A DNA stretch of 64,000 nt. Source: Bacteroidetes bacterium GWF2_38_335. Its GTDB lineage: Bacteria; Bacteroidota; Bacteroidia; Bacteroidales; GWF2-38-335. How positions within the stretch are numbered: the first letter of the stretch is position 1; each line of letters opens with the position of its first letter. The DNA lies in contig MEOH01000019.1 in assembly GCA_001769535.1 (NCBI GenBank), positions 65,787 through 129,786 of the forward strand, in the 5' to 3' direction. The translations under genes and the position numbers were made by a program. The notes under the pieces were generated by a model. The model saw nothing but the letters and a program-made list of their open reading frames with translations, did not search any database and was not told the DNA's origin. Below, piece after piece: positions 9,581 through 19,353 of this stretch.

Positions 9581-10113
9581 TGAAGAAGTTTCTTGAATCG
9601 GGGAAAATAAAACTCAGGGCACTTGAGCCCGGAGATCTTGATCTTCTTTATTCATGGGAAAACAACACGGATGTTTGGAAAGTCAGCAATACACTGACTC
9701 CGTTCAGTATGTTTACCCTAAAGCAATTCATTGAAAGCGCAGGTCAGGATATTTATCAGACAAAACAGCTCAGACTGGTTATTGTCACTGTTGAAAAAAA
9801 ATCAAAGCCCGTTGGTTGTATTGATATATTTGATTTTGATCCGCATCATGGGCGGGCCGGAATAGGAATTCTGATTGCATCAGAAAATGACAGAGGTAAG
9901 GGGTTCGCTTCAGATGCCCTGGATGCTACGATTGATTATGCATTCGAAATTCTTCATCTTCATCAGCTATATTGTAATATTACCGAAGATAATAAAACAA
10001 GCATTGCCCTGTTTAAAAAGAAAGGCTTTAAAAAAACCGGATCCAAAACTGATTGGATTAAAACAGGTTCTGGCTATCTGGATGAATTTACTTTTCAGCT
10101 TCTGAACAAATAA
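9580..10113 (+). CDS. GNAT family N-acetyltransferase (RimJ/RimL-like)
   Basis: 177 aa with an acetyl-CoA-binding-type segment (ENDRGKGFASDALDATIDYAF) and a typical C-terminal KKGFKKTG motif. Its ATG overlaps the upstream TAA by 1 nt (TAATG). Confidence 0.8.
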   Translation: MKKFLESGKIKLRALEPGDLDLLYSWENNTDVWKVSNTLTPFSMFTLKQFIESAGQDIYQTKQLRLVIVTVEKKSKPVGCIDIFDFDPHHGRAGIGILIASENDRGKGFASDALDATIDYAFEILHLHQLYCNITEDNKTSIALFKKKGFKKTGSKTDWIKTGSGYLDEFTFQLLNK

Positions 10114-10194
10114 ACATTCCCTTGTAACAATTTTCTATATTTTACGTTTCACACAATGAAACATGGCTTTCATGTTGTGTTTTAAGGGTTAGAT

Positions 10195-10224
10195 GAAAAT
10201 GTCCAGAGATGGACATTTTCTTTT
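10195..10224 (+). terminator. rho-independent terminator
   Basis: Perfect 11-bp stem gaaaatgtcca/gaga/tggacattttc followed by TTTT, downstream of the GNAT gene. Confidence 0.6.
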
Positions 10225-10236
10225 AATAAAAAAAAG

Positions 10237-12252
10237 ATGAAAATAATACCTGTTAAGACCATAATTTCATTTTGCTTACTGATATTAACTTTCAGTTCAA
10301 ATTCACAAAGCATCGATTCAGCTGCAATTGTGAAATCACTGATCATGTCGGCCCGGGTGTCTTTAAAAACAGATACCTTATCTTCTGTTGAATATCTTGA
10401 AAAAGCAATTGCATTATCTGAAAGATTGAAAAGAATTGATCTGGCAGCTGAAGCATATCTTGATGCCGCTGATATTTTGTCGAATTTTGACAGCCTTTCG
10501 AAAACTAAAAAATATTATTTCCAATCAGCCATCTTTTTTGAGCAATCGAACAAGATAAAAGAGTCGTGCGAAGTGTATATAAAAGCTGGAAATTTACTTT
10601 TTGAAAACTGCAAATTTATTGAAGCACACAAAGCCTTTGACAATGCTTTTGAACTTGTTGCGAAAATTAACAACCCGAAACTGCTTGGTGATATACATTT
10701 GTGTTCAGGGAAAGTTTACACGAAGGAAGGAAATTTGATAAAAGCACAATCTGATTTTGTTCAGGCACTTGAATTGGCAGAAAAAAACAAGGATTCTGAG
10801 GGAATTGGAAAGGCATGGAATCAGATAGGGATCATCCATTGGAAAGAAGGGAAAAATAAAGAAGCCATAATTGCCTATGAAAAAGCCATGAAAATTTCCA
10901 GAGAATTGGGCGATGAACTGGGTTTGGCTGAATCATACAATAATTTGGGTATTATATATAAAATTGAGAAAAAGTATAAAAAAGCCGGATCATATTATAA
11001 AAAGGCACTTGAAATCAGAAAAAGAAAGAAAAACCAAAAAGGTATAAGTCAGACTTTATTCAATATCGGCTCTCTCAAAGCTGAAACAGGATTAGTGGAT
11101 GAGGCAATCACTTATTATAACAGATCTTTTGATATAAAAGTAAAAATCAGGGATGAATACGGAAAATTGCCTTGCTACCTGAATTTGGGTGATGCATACG
11201 CCCTTTTAGATAAACCTGATACGGCTGAGTATTATTACTTTGAGGGACTGGCTTTTTCCGAAAAACTTGGCGCTCGGGATTTTTCTCAATCTTTTCACCG
11301 ACAACTTGCCTTACTTTTTGAAAAGGGAAATGACTATAAACAAGCCTATTTCCATCAGGTTCAATATATGATTAAAAAAGACAGTCTCATTAATATCAGT
11401 AATAATGAAAAACTGGCCGAACTTCAAACAAAATATGATATTTCGGAAAAGCAAAAAAATATACAAAGTCTTACTCAGGAAAGAAATCTGGAAAAAGAAA
11501 AAAAGGAACGTGAGATAAATTTCAGAAATTCTTTGATCCTTATAATATTATTAATTCTGATATTGGTAATAGTTGTCGTTAAATGGGGTAGGGTGTTGAA
11601 AAAGAATAACTTAAAACTAATTGCGCAAAATGAAATTATTGAGTTGCGCGAAAAAGAAAAAGAGGTTCTTTTGCGTGAAATGCACCACAGGGTAAAAAAC
11701 AACCTGCAGTTAATTTCCAGTCTGCTCAATCTGCAAGCCCGAAAAATTCAGGATACTGAAGCATCTCAATCCTTAAAGCAGGCAAGAGACAGAATACATT
11801 CTATCAGTCTTATTCATCAGAAACTTTACAGCAAAGAGAACATTGCCAGGATAAACTTGTCCGACTATCTTATGGATTTAGGCAATTCCATTTTCGACTC
11901 GAACGCCGCCGGCAAAAAAATTGAAATCAAGTATCATATTGATGAAATTGAAATGACCGTTGATATGGCTATTTCTGTTGGTTTGATAATAAATGAAACC
12001 CTGATTAATTCGCTTAAGCATGCGTTTGAAGATAATGATAACGGATTGATAGAAATCTCAGCAATCAGAAAGAATAATAAATTGGAATTATCAATCAGGG
12101 ATAATGGAAAAGGAATTTCAGATATTGGAAATATGGAAAGCTTCGGGGGTTTTGGTTTCCAGCTTTTGAGGTCGTTTACTAAGAAATTGGCAGGAGAAAT
12201 AACTGTTGAGAATAGTTCAGGAACTTTAATTAAAATTCATATACCTTTGTAA
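10237..12252 (+). CDS. TPR-sensor histidine kinase (HisKA_2 type)
   Basis: Signal peptide, about 9 TPR-like units and one TM helix (LILIILLILILVIVVV). H-box EMHHRVKNNLQLISSLLNLQ, plus HATPase_c motifs (NETLINSLKHAF, RDNGKGI, GFGFQL). Confidence 0.85.
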   Translation: MKIIPVKTIISFCLLILTFSSNSQSIDSAAIVKSLIMSARVSLKTDTLSSVEYLEKAIALSERLKRIDLAAEAYLDAADILSNFDSLSKTKKYYFQSAIFFEQSNKIKESCEVYIKAGNLLFENCKFIEAHKAFDNAFELVAKINNPKLLGDIHLCSGKVYTKEGNLIKAQSDFVQALELAEKNKDSEGIGKAWNQIGIIHWKEGKNKEAIIAYEKAMKISRELGDELGLAESYNNLGIIYKIEKKYKKAGSYYKKALEIRKRKKNQKGISQTLFNIGSLKAETGLVDEAITYYNRSFDIKVKIRDEYGKLPCYLNLGDAYALLDKPDTAEYYYFEGLAFSEKLGARDFSQSFHRQLALLFEKGNDYKQAYFHQVQYMIKKDSLINISNNEKLAELQTKYDISEKQKNIQSLTQERNLEKEKKEREINFRNSLILIILLILILVIVVVKWGRVLKKNNLKLIAQNEIIELREKEKEVLLREMHHRVKNNLQLISSLLNLQARKIQDTEASQSLKQARDRIHSISLIHQKLYSKENIARINLSDYLMDLGNSIFDSNAAGKKIEIKYHIDEIEMTVDMAISVGLIINETLINSLKHAFEDNDNGLIEISAIRKNNKLELSIRDNGKGISDIGNMESFGGFGFQLLRSFTKKLAGEITVENSSGTLIKIHIPL

Positions 12253-12256
12253 TCAA

Positions 12257-12973
12257 ATGGAAAAGAAACGCATTTTTATTGTTGAAGATGATCCGATTAT
12301 CGCCTCCGATCTTGAGGGGATAATTAAAGATATTGGATACGATGTGTGCGGTGTTTCCCATCAGCCATTTGAAGCTAAGAAGAAAATTGAATCGTTGCTT
12401 CCCGACCTCCTCTTACTCGATATTAACCTGGGTAGTGAAATAGATGGCATTGATTTGGCTACCTTAATCAAAAACCATAATATAGGTATCGTTTTTATTT
12501 CAGCGTTTACCGATAAGAATACAGTTGAAAGAGTGAAGTCTGTCAATCCCCTGGGATATATTATTAAGCCCTTTACTGAAAAGGAAATTGAAGTAACTCT
12601 TGAATTGGTTTTTTCATCACTGAATAAGGAAAAAAACACCATTTTAAGTGATGCCGGAAATGATTTTATTTTTGTAAAAACCAAAAATAATTTGAGTGTA
12701 AAAATCAGGTTTGACGAAATCCTCTTTTTAGAAGCTTTTGATAATTATGCCTTTATTCATACCGGTAAAGAAAAATTATTGGTGAGTTTTACACTTAAGG
12801 ATTTGGAAAAACGAATAAATGCAAGTTTTTTAATTCGGGTACATCGTTCATTTATAATAAATTGCAATAAAGTGGATGCCATTCATAACAATTGTCTTAT
12901 GATTGCAAAAAATGAAATTCCCATTGGCAAATCATACAAAAATGACGTGCTGAAATTTTTCCCTACGCTATAA
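12257..12973 (+). CDS. LytTR-family response regulator
   Basis: Receiver domain (IFIVEDD...LLLLDINL...IKP) followed by a LytTR DNA-binding domain (IRFDEILFLEAFDNYAFIHT...FLIRVHRSFIIN). Starts 4 nt after the kinase gene. Confidence 0.9.
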   Translation: MEKKRIFIVEDDPIIASDLEGIIKDIGYDVCGVSHQPFEAKKKIESLLPDLLLLDINLGSEIDGIDLATLIKNHNIGIVFISAFTDKNTVERVKSVNPLGYIIKPFTEKEIEVTLELVFSSLNKEKNTILSDAGNDFIFVKTKNNLSVKIRFDEILFLEAFDNYAFIHTGKEKLLVSFTLKDLEKRINASFLIRVHRSFIINCNKVDAIHNNCLMIAKNEIPIGKSYKNDVLKFFPTL

Positions 12974-13057
12974 ATTTCTTCACTTTTGATTTCACTCCGT
13001 TCACACGGATTTTTACTCCGTTCACTTAGTATTTTTTTTTTCGGGCTTTACAAGGTT

Positions 13058-13065
13058 TAAGTTTG
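13058..13065 (+). promoter_or_regulatory. candidate -7 box (TAAGTTTG)
   Basis: Matches TAnnTTTG, 28 nt upstream of the ATG at 13093. Confidence 0.35.
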
Positions 13066-13092
13066 TTTCAAATTAATTTAAAAAATTGAAAT

Positions 13093-14094
13093 ATGAAAAA
13101 CTTATTTTTTGCTGTAACAATTTTAATCGGATCACTACTCGTATCATGCGGTGGTGAAAAAGAAAAAACCGAAGATAAACCCAGTGGAACTCCTCCTCGT
13201 AATGGTGGTCATTTTTTGATGTATTACTACCCTACGGCTTCAATTTACAATTCTGATTTTGGTAAGGAATTTGCTAAAAAAGACACATGTATGGGATTTC
13301 CAACATACATGACTTCTGATGAAAATGGTACTTTATTTGGCAGCGTACCGGGAAAAAGAATCAGCGTGGTTAAATCGACCGATGGTGGAAAAACCTGGAC
13401 ACCTGTTGAAAATATGGACACCACAAATGGCGTTTATTCAAGTTATGTTATTGTTGCCGGAAAAGCGAATGTGATTTATGCTTTAAGTTCAAAAGGGCTG
13501 TTTTATGCTTCTAAAGATGGTGGCAGCAATTGGGAACTTAAAAACTCACCTTGTTTAAAGGATACAATTCATTCAAGTCCGGCAATGGGTCCCGATTCAT
13601 GGTTGGCAGTATCTGCCGATGGCTCAAAAATTATTGCACAGGCATGGTATTTCGAAGAAACAGTACTTTCTATTAGCTCTGATGGTGGAAATTCATGGAC
13701 AGCCATTACTCCTCCAACTGAAAGAAATTCTTCAAGAGGAATTGGTTTCTGTGGCGACAGAATTGTTTATGCCACTTCAGATCAGATCTTTTTTACCGAT
13801 GATATGGGAAAAAAATGGCAAAACTCAACACCCGAAAAATTATTTGCAGCAAATTCTGAAAGTTCCTATTACGGTTACAGACATTTTGTAACTGATGGCG
13901 ACCAGTTTGTTGTTGGTGTTGAAGTTCCTTCAGCCGAAACAAGCCGCAATGAGAAAAATAAGTATCCCGGAGCAGTATTCTATTCAAAAGATGGTGGAAA
14001 AACATTTGAAATATTTCCTTTCCCATTTGATAGCGACCCGACTCCAAATTCTTCGGATGAGTTTATATACCTGACTTTTGTTCCTAAAAAATAA
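13093..14094 (+). CDS. BNR/Asp-box repeat beta-propeller lipoprotein
   Basis: Lipobox LLVSC. Five Asp-box motifs: STDGGKTW, SKDGGSNW, SSDGGNSW, TDDMGKKW, SKDGGKTF. Confidence 0.75.
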   Translation: MKNLFFAVTILIGSLLVSCGGEKEKTEDKPSGTPPRNGGHFLMYYYPTASIYNSDFGKEFAKKDTCMGFPTYMTSDENGTLFGSVPGKRISVVKSTDGGKTWTPVENMDTTNGVYSSYVIVAGKANVIYALSSKGLFYASKDGGSNWELKNSPCLKDTIHSSPAMGPDSWLAVSADGSKIIAQAWYFEETVLSISSDGGNSWTAITPPTERNSSRGIGFCGDRIVYATSDQIFFTDDMGKKWQNSTPEKLFAANSESSYYGYRHFVTDGDQFVVGVEVPSAETSRNEKNKYPGAVFYSKDGGKTFEIFPFPFDSDPTPNSSDEFIYLTFVPKK

Positions 14095-14124
14095 ACTGTT
14101 CAGGCATAAGACTGACAAAATCAT

Positions 14125-14161
14125 AAACCCGTCAAATTAAATTTTGACGGGTTTGTTTTTT
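14125..14161 (+). terminator. rho-independent terminator
   Basis: aaacccgtcaaa-ttaaat-tttgacgggttt stem-loop followed by a T-run (gttttttatttt). Confidence 0.7.
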
Positions 14162-14223
14162 ATTTTATGTAATTTGATTTAGGCTGGCATCTCAATAACA
14201 AAAACAATATTAACAATTAAAAA

Positions 14224-14940
14224 ATGAGAGCCATGAAAAATTTAATGATCACTTTAGCAATTCTTTTCACAGGCACATTCTTAATGGCGCAAAATGGCGT
14301 AATTAAAGGAAGGGTGCTTGATGAAAACGGAGAACCTCTGCCCGGTGCCGGCGTTTATGTAGAGTATGGTGGAAATAAAATCGGGACAACTACTGATGTA
14401 AATGGAAATTACACCATTAAACCCCTGAATTCATCTTCATATACTGTGAAAATTTCATTTCTTGGTTACAATGATGTGGAATTGCCCGGTATTCATGTGT
14501 CAGCTGATAAAATAGCTTTTGTTTCTGATATGAAAATGTCAACAGACGCTAAGGTTATTGGAACAGTTGTTGTACCTGGTCACCGAAATCTTATTGATCC
14601 TGAAGACCCATCAAAAATTACCATGCTTCCTGCTGCAATTGAAAGTCTGCCCGATAACAGGAATGTTACCAGTATTCTTCGCACTGATCCCAATATTCAG
14701 GTGCCCGAAAACAGCACACAGCCTATTATCAGGGGATCAAGACAGGGTGAATCGACTTGCATAGTTGATGGAGTAAAACAACGTGATTTCGCAAATGTGC
14801 TTCCTGGTAATTCAATTGGTCAGATGACAATTTATACCGGAGGAATTCCTGCTAAATACGGAGATGTAACTGGTGGTGTGGTTATCATCGAATCGAAAGG
14901 TTACTTTGATGTTCTTAACTATTATCTTTCGACACAGTAA
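14224..14940 (+). CDS. carboxypeptidase-regulatory-like domain + TonB-receptor Plug domain protein, no beta-barrel
   Basis: Signal peptide, then a CarbopepD_reg-type start (GVIKGRVLDENGEPLPGAGVYV...TDVNGNYTI...ISFLGYN). Plug motifs follow (IRGSRQGESTCIVDGVKQ...GGIPAKYGDVTGGVVIIES). The ORF stops after 238 aa, and only 89 nt separate it from the next gene. Confidence 0.7.
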   Translation: MRAMKNLMITLAILFTGTFLMAQNGVIKGRVLDENGEPLPGAGVYVEYGGNKIGTTTDVNGNYTIKPLNSSSYTVKISFLGYNDVELPGIHVSADKIAFVSDMKMSTDAKVIGTVVVPGHRNLIDPEDPSKITMLPAAIESLPDNRNVTSILRTDPNIQVPENSTQPIIRGSRQGESTCIVDGVKQRDFANVLPGNSIGQMTIYTGGIPAKYGDVTGGVVIIESKGYFDVLNYYLSTQ

Positions 14941-15029
14941 GAGAGAATGGTGTCCTTCTTATTTTTCATAAGGAGGACGCCTGTTTTATTTACAAAAAAA
15001 CTATCTTAGCAGACAATTCAGTAAAATTC

Positions 15030-15599
15030 ATGACCCTGTTTTCAAAAAATATTAAAAAGCTGTCTGATACCCACCTGGTCCTACACTACAGGAATACAGG
15101 AAAGAATAGTTATTTTAATGAGCTTTTTGAACGCTATTACCACCTTGTTTATGGTGTTTGCCTTAAATACCTTAAGAATGAAAGCGAAAGTGCTGATGCG
15201 GTTTTGATGATCTTTGAAAAAATGTCGGACGATATCAAAAATACCGAAATAACGCACTTCAAATCATGGCTTTACACTGTGAGCAAAAACCACTGTCTGA
15301 TGAAAATCAGATCCGACAACAGAAAACAAAAACACGTTAACCAATTCGAACAGGAATATTCCGCTGAGCTAACTTTGCCTGAAATAAATGAATATGAGCT
15401 GACTGAAAGTAAAATTCAAAAACTTGAAAAAGCCATTAACCAGCTTAAAACCGGACAAAAAGAGTGCATCGTTCTTTTTTATCTTGAACAAAATTGTTAC
15501 GATGAAATTGCCAAAATTACCGGGTTTACAAATAATGAAGTCAGAAGCCACATTCAAAACGGCAAACGAAATCTCAGAATACTAATGACAGAAGAATAA
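15030..15599 (+). CDS. ECF-type RNA polymerase sigma-70 factor
   Basis: Region 2 (YHLVYGVCLKYLKNESESADAVLMIFEK...FKSWLYTVSKNHCL) and region 4 HTH (QKECIVLFYLEQNCYDEIAKITGFTNNEVRSHIQNGKRNL). Confidence 0.85.
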   Translation: MTLFSKNIKKLSDTHLVLHYRNTGKNSYFNELFERYYHLVYGVCLKYLKNESESADAVLMIFEKMSDDIKNTEITHFKSWLYTVSKNHCLMKIRSDNRKQKHVNQFEQEYSAELTLPEINEYELTESKIQKLEKAINQLKTGQKECIVLFYLEQNCYDEIAKITGFTNNEVRSHIQNGKRNLRILMTEE

Positions 15600-15620
15600 G
15601 GACAATTTTTCTGAAAAAAA

Positions 15621-16727
15621 ATGAAAGACAAAATTAAAAATATTAACATGAATACCAATCCGCTCACCCCGCAGGAGCTGGAGAAGTATCTTGATGGTAA
15701 ATTAATCCCCGAAGAAAAATACCGGATAGAGAAAAAACTCAGTGAGAGTGACTTTGAAACCGATGCCATTGAGGGCTACGAAAATAACCCTGAGGCAATT
15801 AAAAATATTAGTAAAATCAAAAAATCTTTCAGGGCAAAGTTTCCCGTTAAACAGGGTTTCATTTCTATTGCCGTAGTTACGGTCTTTTCGCTAAGTTTAA
15901 TCTTTTTTGCCATTACTTACTTTTTACCCGGAAATGATCCTGTAAATCAGGAAAAAATTCAGGTTGCAGAAAATAAATCTACAGAAAAATCACAGGTAAT
16001 TGAACAAATAAAATCGGATCTGGAAATTGAAGATTCGCAACCTATTGCAATTCCTGAGCAAATTACCTACAAAAAAACTGTTGACAATCAGGTAAAACCT
16101 GTTGAGAAAAGCACAAATCCTGAAAAAATGCAAATACAGGATCCGGAAACACTGAGGGTTGAATCTTCATCGCCCGAATTAAATATCATTATCAATGAAA
16201 TTACCAATTGCGAAACTGATTATATTCATGATCTTAAGGTGGTTGATTATTCACGGATATACAAAACACTGATAAAAAAATACAGGTATGATCTGGGCGG
16301 AATTGAAGCCAGATACCAGAATAATGAATCGGAAAGGAATACCTATGTGCCCGATTATGAGGTTGAACTCATTCCTTACAGGGATTTTTTATCAATTGCA
16401 TTGGGCAATTTTGTGCAAAATAATTTTAAGGATGCGCTTAAAGATCTGAGCATCATTTCAACACAGTTTCCCAATGACCAGAATGCAAATTTTTACAGTG
16501 GTTTGTGTTATTATAATCTGGGTAAATGGAACAAAGCCATCAAAGCATTTGATGAAACAATAAAACATCAGATCAATGTGTTTGATCAGGAGGCCCTTTG
16601 GTATAAGGCCATGACTTTAATTAAGAAAAAGGAAAACGACGGGGCAATCGAAATTCTTGAGCAGATAATCCGCAAAAAGGGTTTTTATGCCAGTCAGGCC
16701 GAAACAGTTCTTGAAAAACTAAAATGA
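15621..16727 (+). CDS. putative anti-sigma factor (degenerate ZAS-like N-terminus, one TM, C-terminal TPR)
   Basis: Immediately follows the sigma gene. The N-terminus ELEKYLDGKLIPEEKYRIEKKLSESDFETDAIEG looks like a zinc-finger anti-sigma motif (HLxxCxxCxxxLEG) with the ligands replaced. TM helix ISIAVVTVFSLSLIFFAITYFL, and TPR-like tail (NANFYSGLCYYNLGKWNKAIKAFDE). Confidence 0.55.
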   Translation: MKDKIKNINMNTNPLTPQELEKYLDGKLIPEEKYRIEKKLSESDFETDAIEGYENNPEAIKNISKIKKSFRAKFPVKQGFISIAVVTVFSLSLIFFAITYFLPGNDPVNQEKIQVAENKSTEKSQVIEQIKSDLEIEDSQPIAIPEQITYKKTVDNQVKPVEKSTNPEKMQIQDPETLRVESSSPELNIIINEITNCETDYIHDLKVVDYSRIYKTLIKKYRYDLGGIEARYQNNESERNTYVPDYEVELIPYRDFLSIALGNFVQNNFKDALKDLSIISTQFPNDQNANFYSGLCYYNLGKWNKAIKAFDETIKHQINVFDQEALWYKAMTLIKKKENDGAIEILEQIIRKKGFYASQAETVLEKLK

Positions 16728-17956
16728 AAGGATTATTAATATATATATTTCTGATTATCCCGGGAATATTGTTTTCCCAGGAATACATTGTTTCGGGTTA
16801 TGTAACAGATACCCTGACAGGCAAACCGCTTGAAAATGTCAATATCACTGTGTTCGCCAGTCAGGCCGGCACAAACACCAATTCAAAAGGATATTTTTCA
16901 ATTACCCTGAAAAGCTCACCCGCAACCTTATTCATTTCCCATATTGGTTATGAGAAAAAACAGTTGACAGTAAAAAGAACCGATAAATCCTTGCTTAAAG
17001 TTCAATTGTTTGAAGTGCCACTTACAGGTCCCGAAATTCCAGTATATGCAAAAGCAATTCCATTGATGAAAGATAAACCACTTTATGTGTGGGATTATGA
17101 GTTTTATGGGGATGACATTCTTCTTTTGGCATGCAAATACCGAAAGCTCAATGATCCATATTTGATTCTTATGAGCCAGACCGGCGACACAATTACCTCA
17201 CTTCCGGTTAAAAGACCGGAAAAGCTTTTCAGAGATTGCATGGACTACATACACATGTTTACCGGAGATAAAGTATATCAGGTATATTTTGATACAACCA
17301 GAATTCAGCTTCTTTATCCAATGGAAATTGCAGATTTTGATTCGCTTTTCCCCAAATGCCTTGAAGAGTTGAATAATAAATTTTACCTGAAACAGTATTA
17401 TTACAGAAATCAGGTATTGTTATATTACTCAATTAGTAAAAAAGACAGCAGTGCTCAAAAAATCAGGGTGATTGGTGATGAGTTGGCTTTGGAACGACTG
17501 GCATTCAATGGTCGGTTTTGGGCAATGGGAGCTACGCCGAATGAACACGATTTGCGTTTCGAGGAAATGGCTTTTTTTGATCCGATTTTTGCCCCTTTGG
17601 TTAAGTTGGGCGATTCATTGGTAATTTTCAACTATGTTGATGATCAGATAGAATTTCTCACCGATGAAGGCGAAATACTTGACACTATCCCGATTTCATA
17701 CCATAAGGATAAATTCTGGAAAGAAGAGATTTATATTGATGAAATTACCCGAAAAGTTTATGCGCTTTTTAAAAGAGACGGGATTACAACTCTGCGCATG
17801 ATTAACCTATCAGATGGAACACTGGGTGATCAATACAAAATCCCCGATTTTATTCATGTTGAGAAAATTAAAATCAGGGATAATACCGCTTATTTTCTTT
17901 ATATTGAGAAAGCCGGAATGGAATATAAGAAGTTGTATAAGATGTTTTTAAAGTAA
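16724..17956 (+). CDS. carboxypeptidase-regulatory-like domain protein with uncharacterised C-terminal region
   Basis: Its ATGA overlaps the anti-sigma gene stop. CarbopepD_reg-type start (IVSGYVTDTLTGKPLENVNITVFASQAGTNTNSKGYFSI...ISHIGYEKKQLTV). I do not recognise the remaining ~300 aa. Confidence 0.6.
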   Translation: MKGLLIYIFLIIPGILFSQEYIVSGYVTDTLTGKPLENVNITVFASQAGTNTNSKGYFSITLKSSPATLFISHIGYEKKQLTVKRTDKSLLKVQLFEVPLTGPEIPVYAKAIPLMKDKPLYVWDYEFYGDDILLLACKYRKLNDPYLILMSQTGDTITSLPVKRPEKLFRDCMDYIHMFTGDKVYQVYFDTTRIQLLYPMEIADFDSLFPKCLEELNNKFYLKQYYYRNQVLLYYSISKKDSSAQKIRVIGDELALERLAFNGRFWAMGATPNEHDLRFEEMAFFDPIFAPLVKLGDSLVIFNYVDDQIEFLTDEGEILDTIPISYHKDKFWKEEIYIDEITRKVYALFKRDGITTLRMINLSDGTLGDQYKIPDFIHVEKIKIRDNTAYFLYIEKAGMEYKKLYKMFLK

Positions 17957-17959
17957 AAA

Positions 17960-17997
17960 CCACCGAAGCATCATTAATATTCACAATACTTCGGTGG
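17960..17997. terminator. hairpin between convergent genes (possible bidirectional terminator)
   Basis: 9-bp stem ccaccgaag ... cttcggtgg with a long (~20 nt) loop, between the stops at 17956 (+) and 18009 (-). Confidence 0.4.
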
Positions 17998-18008
17998 ATG
18001 TTCAACTG

Positions 18009-19193
18009 TTACTGAACAATTATTTTTTTGATTTCTTTGATTTTGTTGCTTTCAATGGAGATAAAATAAACTCCCCTTTCAAGTTCTGAAATATCAAGGG
18101 CTTTAAAATACATTCCGGTTGCGGGATTTTCTTCACAAATGGTTTTTACTGTTTCACCCATCATGTTCAGAATGCTGATTGTAACGGATTCCGCTTTTTT
18201 CAGGGGAAATTCAATATTTACCTGATTGATTGCCGGATTGGGATAAACATTTATCAGGTTGGATTTTTCTTCTGCAATGTTTGTGGAAATCAGTTCAGAT
18301 AGCTTAATATCGTTTGCGTTGATAATAAATTTGTCAGTTTTATTCGGACCGTATGATGAGACAAATGCAACCAGTGACAGGTGATTTTCCTTATAAGCTG
18401 TGTCAACAACCATTTCAGCAGTAGCGACATAGTCGGTTTCAATAACCGGAACAGAGGGAATGATTCCCGATGCGCCCCAGTTGCCAAGCAGGGCATCTCT
18501 CATTACATGCCTGTGCGGATAGCCAATGATTGATTCTCCGTCGAACATGCCAGGATAATGTGTGTCAGCAAAAGTATGATCATAGCAATGCTGATCCCAT
18601 CCCTCAAAACAACCAAGTCCGGGGTATCCCACCACACTATCTTCAACCAAAAACATGTTGATGCGCCAGTCGCCCGAAGGCAATGATTCAACGAAAGTAG
18701 CAGTTACATCTGCGTTGATGGTGCGGGTAACAGGATTGTAGGTTCCTGAGATTTCAATACCCACTTTGGCCGGTTCGTTGATTAATCGGGTGGCAATGGT
18801 GTCAATACCGGGTGTGGCATCGCTTCCAAATGAGGAATAGCATGAAAGATAAGCCTCAGGATCAACCCATGGGTATACGCCGCGGTCAATCATGATTGCG
18901 GGGGCAAACCAGCCATCGTCAGGATGCATGGCACTAAATATGGCATCAGTGGTGGCGCTGCTCATGGCATCATTTCCTGATCCTTCATGAATTGCAATCA
19001 TTATGCAGTGTTCGGCGTTTTCTACCTGCCAATTGTTGATGTAGTAAGATGCCATTGGGCAATTGCCGCAAGAGGCAGTAGTAAATTCTTCAAGCAAAAC
19101 TTTCCTTACAGGTGTTTGTGCATTCAGGAACAAACTTGCAGTAATTAAAACTGCAGTTATTATCAGTCGGATTCTTGTAACAGTTGTTTCCAT
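18009..19193 (-). CDS. Omp28-related thioredoxin-fold-like protein with T9SS C-terminal sorting domain
   Basis: N-terminal VLLEEFTTASCGNCPMASYY motif, typical of Omp28-related proteins. C-terminal type-A T9SS sorting domain (INVYPNPAINQVNIEF...GVYFISIESNKIKEIKKIIVQ). Confidence 0.7.
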   Translation of the reverse strand: METTVTRIRLIITAVLITASLFLNAQTPVRKVLLEEFTTASCGNCPMASYYINNWQVENAEHCIMIAIHEGSGNDAMSSATTDAIFSAMHPDDGWFAPAIMIDRGVYPWVDPEAYLSCYSSFGSDATPGIDTIATRLINEPAKVGIEISGTYNPVTRTINADVTATFVESLPSGDWRINMFLVEDSVVGYPGLGCFEGWDQHCYDHTFADTHYPGMFDGESIIGYPHRHVMRDALLGNWGASGIIPSVPVIETDYVATAEMVVDTAYKENHLSLVAFVSSYGPNKTDKFIINANDIKLSELISTNIAEEKSNLINVYPNPAINQVNIEFPLKKAESVTISILNMMGETVKTICEENPATGMYFKALDISELERGVYFISIESNKIKEIKKIIVQ

Positions 19194-19353
19194 TTTTTTA
19201 AAATTTAGTGGTTAATAAAAAATGCTGAAACAAAGTTATACCCTTGTCAACCAAAATACATTTTTTTTACCCCTACCGGAGATATACCAGAGAAAAAAAT
19301 ACCTACTACCAGCATACTACTAACATGTATCAATGATGTTAAAGTATTTATAA

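Noticed and set aside
14941-15029. Frameshifted continuation (beta-barrel) of the plug-only receptor gene
   Set aside because: Only 89 nt separate it from the sigma gene, and no barrel-like frame exists there. If a barrel was ever present, it was cleanly deleted.
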